Assembly (NCBI GenBank): GCA_036565725.1 | Contig: DATCXQ010000925.1 | Span: 2,594-66,593 of the forward strand | Length of the DNA: 64,000 nt | DNA from: Blastocatellia bacterium | GTDB taxonomy: Bacteria; Acidobacteriota; Blastocatellia; RBC074 | Reading direction: 5' to 3' | Shown: piece by piece, positions 63,052 through 64,000 of the stretch | Numbering within the stretch: the first letter of the stretch is position 1 | How the letters are laid out: each line of letters opens with the position of its first letter | Position numbers and translations under genes: made by a program | The notes under the pieces: generated by a model | Told to the model about the DNA's origin: nothing | Seen by the model: only the letters and a program-made list of their open reading frames with translations | The model's database searches: none

Positions 63052-64000
63052 ATGAGTCACTCAAACTGTTCACGCCGCCAGATGGTTCGCTCGCTCTTCA
63101 GCGGCTCGATCCTGATGCCCGCCGTCATCTCGCAACTGCTGGCTGCGGACGGTCGCGCCGCCGAGTTAGGGGCCGACAACCCGCTCGCGCCGAAGCAGCC
63201 GCACTTTCCGGCGATGGTCAAAAATGTAATCTTCATCTACCTGCCCGGCGGCTGTTCGCACGTGGATTCCTTCGATTACAAGCCGAAGCTGATCGACGAC
63301 GCGAAGAACGGCCGTTTGTATCAGGGCAGACGCAAACTCGGCATGCCGCTCTGGGAGTTCAAACCGCGCGGCAAGAGCGGCGTCTATGTGAGCGACCTCT
63401 TCCCGCACATCGGCGAAGTGATTGACGACGTTTGCGTGATCAATTCGATGCGCAACGATCACAGCGACCATTTCCAGGCGACGCTCGGCATCCACACCGG
63501 CTCGGTCACGTTCAAACGTCCGAGCATCGGGTCGTGGGTTAGCTACGGACTCGGGACTGAGAACCAGAACCTGCCGTCGTTCGTGGCGCTCGCGCCGCTG
63601 CTGCCTTACACCGGCGCCCAGGCCTGGGACTCCGACTTTTTGCCAGCCGAGCATCAGGGCACGCGCGTCGTCGCGGGCGAAGAGCCTGTGCCGAACCTCA
63701 ACCGCCGCTCGCCCTCGCCGAAAATTCAGGAGGCCGAACTGAACCTGCTTGAGCGCTTCAACCGCCGCCATTTGCGGACGCGCGAGACCGACCCGCAGCT
63801 AGAGGCCCGGATCAAGTCGTACGAGACCGCCTTCGGCATGCAGCAGGCGATGCCGGAAGTTTTAGACCTATCGAAAGAAACTGACGCCACGTTGAAGCTT
63901 TACGGCTTAGAGCGCGGGCAGACCACTGGCTTCGGATGGCAGGCCATAGTCGCCCGCCGTATGGTCGAACGCGGCGTGCGATTTATTGAACTGATAGACG
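63052..64000 (+). CDS. DUF1501 (sulfatase-like) protein, N-terminal part. The 3' end runs off the window.
   Basis: My own translation gives MSHSNCSRRQMVRSLFSGSILMPAVISQLLAA (Tat-like signal) followed by VIFIYLPGGCSHVDSFDYKPKL and INSMRNDHSDHFQATLGIHTG. The frame is open to the window end. It is the usual partner of DUF1549/DUF1553 genes. Confidence 0.85.
   Translation, partial: MSHSNCSRRQMVRSLFSGSILMPAVISQLLAADGRAAELGADNPLAPKQPHFPAMVKNVIFIYLPGGCSHVDSFDYKPKLIDDAKNGRLYQGRRKLGMPLWEFKPRGKSGVYVSDLFPHIGEVIDDVCVINSMRNDHSDHFQATLGIHTGSVTFKRPSIGSWVSYGLGTENQNLPSFVALAPLLPYTGAQAWDSDFLPAEHQGTRVVAGEEPVPNLNRRSPSPKIQEAELNLLERFNRRHLRTRETDPQLEARIKSYETAFGMQQAMPEVLDLSKETDATLKLYGLERGQTTGFGWQAIVARRMVERGVRFIELID

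Noticed and set aside
63166-63771. 201-aa minus-strand ORF
   Set aside because: It is antisense to the DUF1501 reading frame. That frame is open from 63052 to the window end and has family motifs.

Overview
GC-rich bacterial chromosomal segment with about 45 protein-coding genes. There are no rRNA or tRNA genes, no CRISPR array, and no recognisable transposase, integrase or phage gene. The gene content suggests an Acidobacteriota-like soil bacterium: a CarboxypepD_reg-type TonB-dependent receptor, a PSCyt/DUF1549/DUF1553 plus DUF1501 pair, a membrane-anchored CadC-like regulator, a GxxExxY gene and many secreted hydrolases. This taxonomic call is inference only.

Layout:
- 1-9.1 kb: partial AtuA-like gene, three secreted alpha/beta-hydrolases, a LysR regulator and an M20 peptidase.
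- 9.3-15.8 kb: small cupin protein, a low-GC orphan membrane protein, an M16 peptidase pair and an unknown 607-aa secreted protein.
- 16.0-17.6 kb: ECF41 sigma factor plus carboxymuconolactone-decarboxylase module, with two copies of the ECF41-type promoter motif.
- 17.7-28.3 kb: amidase, DoxX, SDRs, an aldo/keto reductase, an ADP-ribosylglycohydrolase, DUF1624 and a phytase-like protein.
- 28.5-30.4 kb: gmd-fcl (GDP-fucose synthesis).
- 30.4-31.8 kb: a 1.37-kb ORF-free leader.
- 31.8-50.5 kb: a co-directional surface-polysaccharide locus. It combines Wzy_C/Wza/Wzc-type genes with a Wzm permease and two highly similar Wzt ATPases, plus amino-sugar modification genes.
- 50.9-54.1 kb: ECF42 sigma factor with YciI proteins.
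- 54.1-64.0 kb: regulator, TonB-dependent receptor and DUF1553 gene, then a GxxExxY insertion and a partial DUF1501 gene.

The most unusual sequence-level signal is a set of at least 12 intergenic palindromic, MITE/REP-like elements. They fall into several core families, and several families share one terminal module (GCGGTTTGCAAWTGCGTGTACGG-like). No system here can be shown to be novel from sequence alone. The best candidates for follow-up are the modular repeat superfamily, the duplicated-Wzt hybrid export locus, the GxxExxY-plus-hairpin insertion and the YciI-rich ECF42 cluster.
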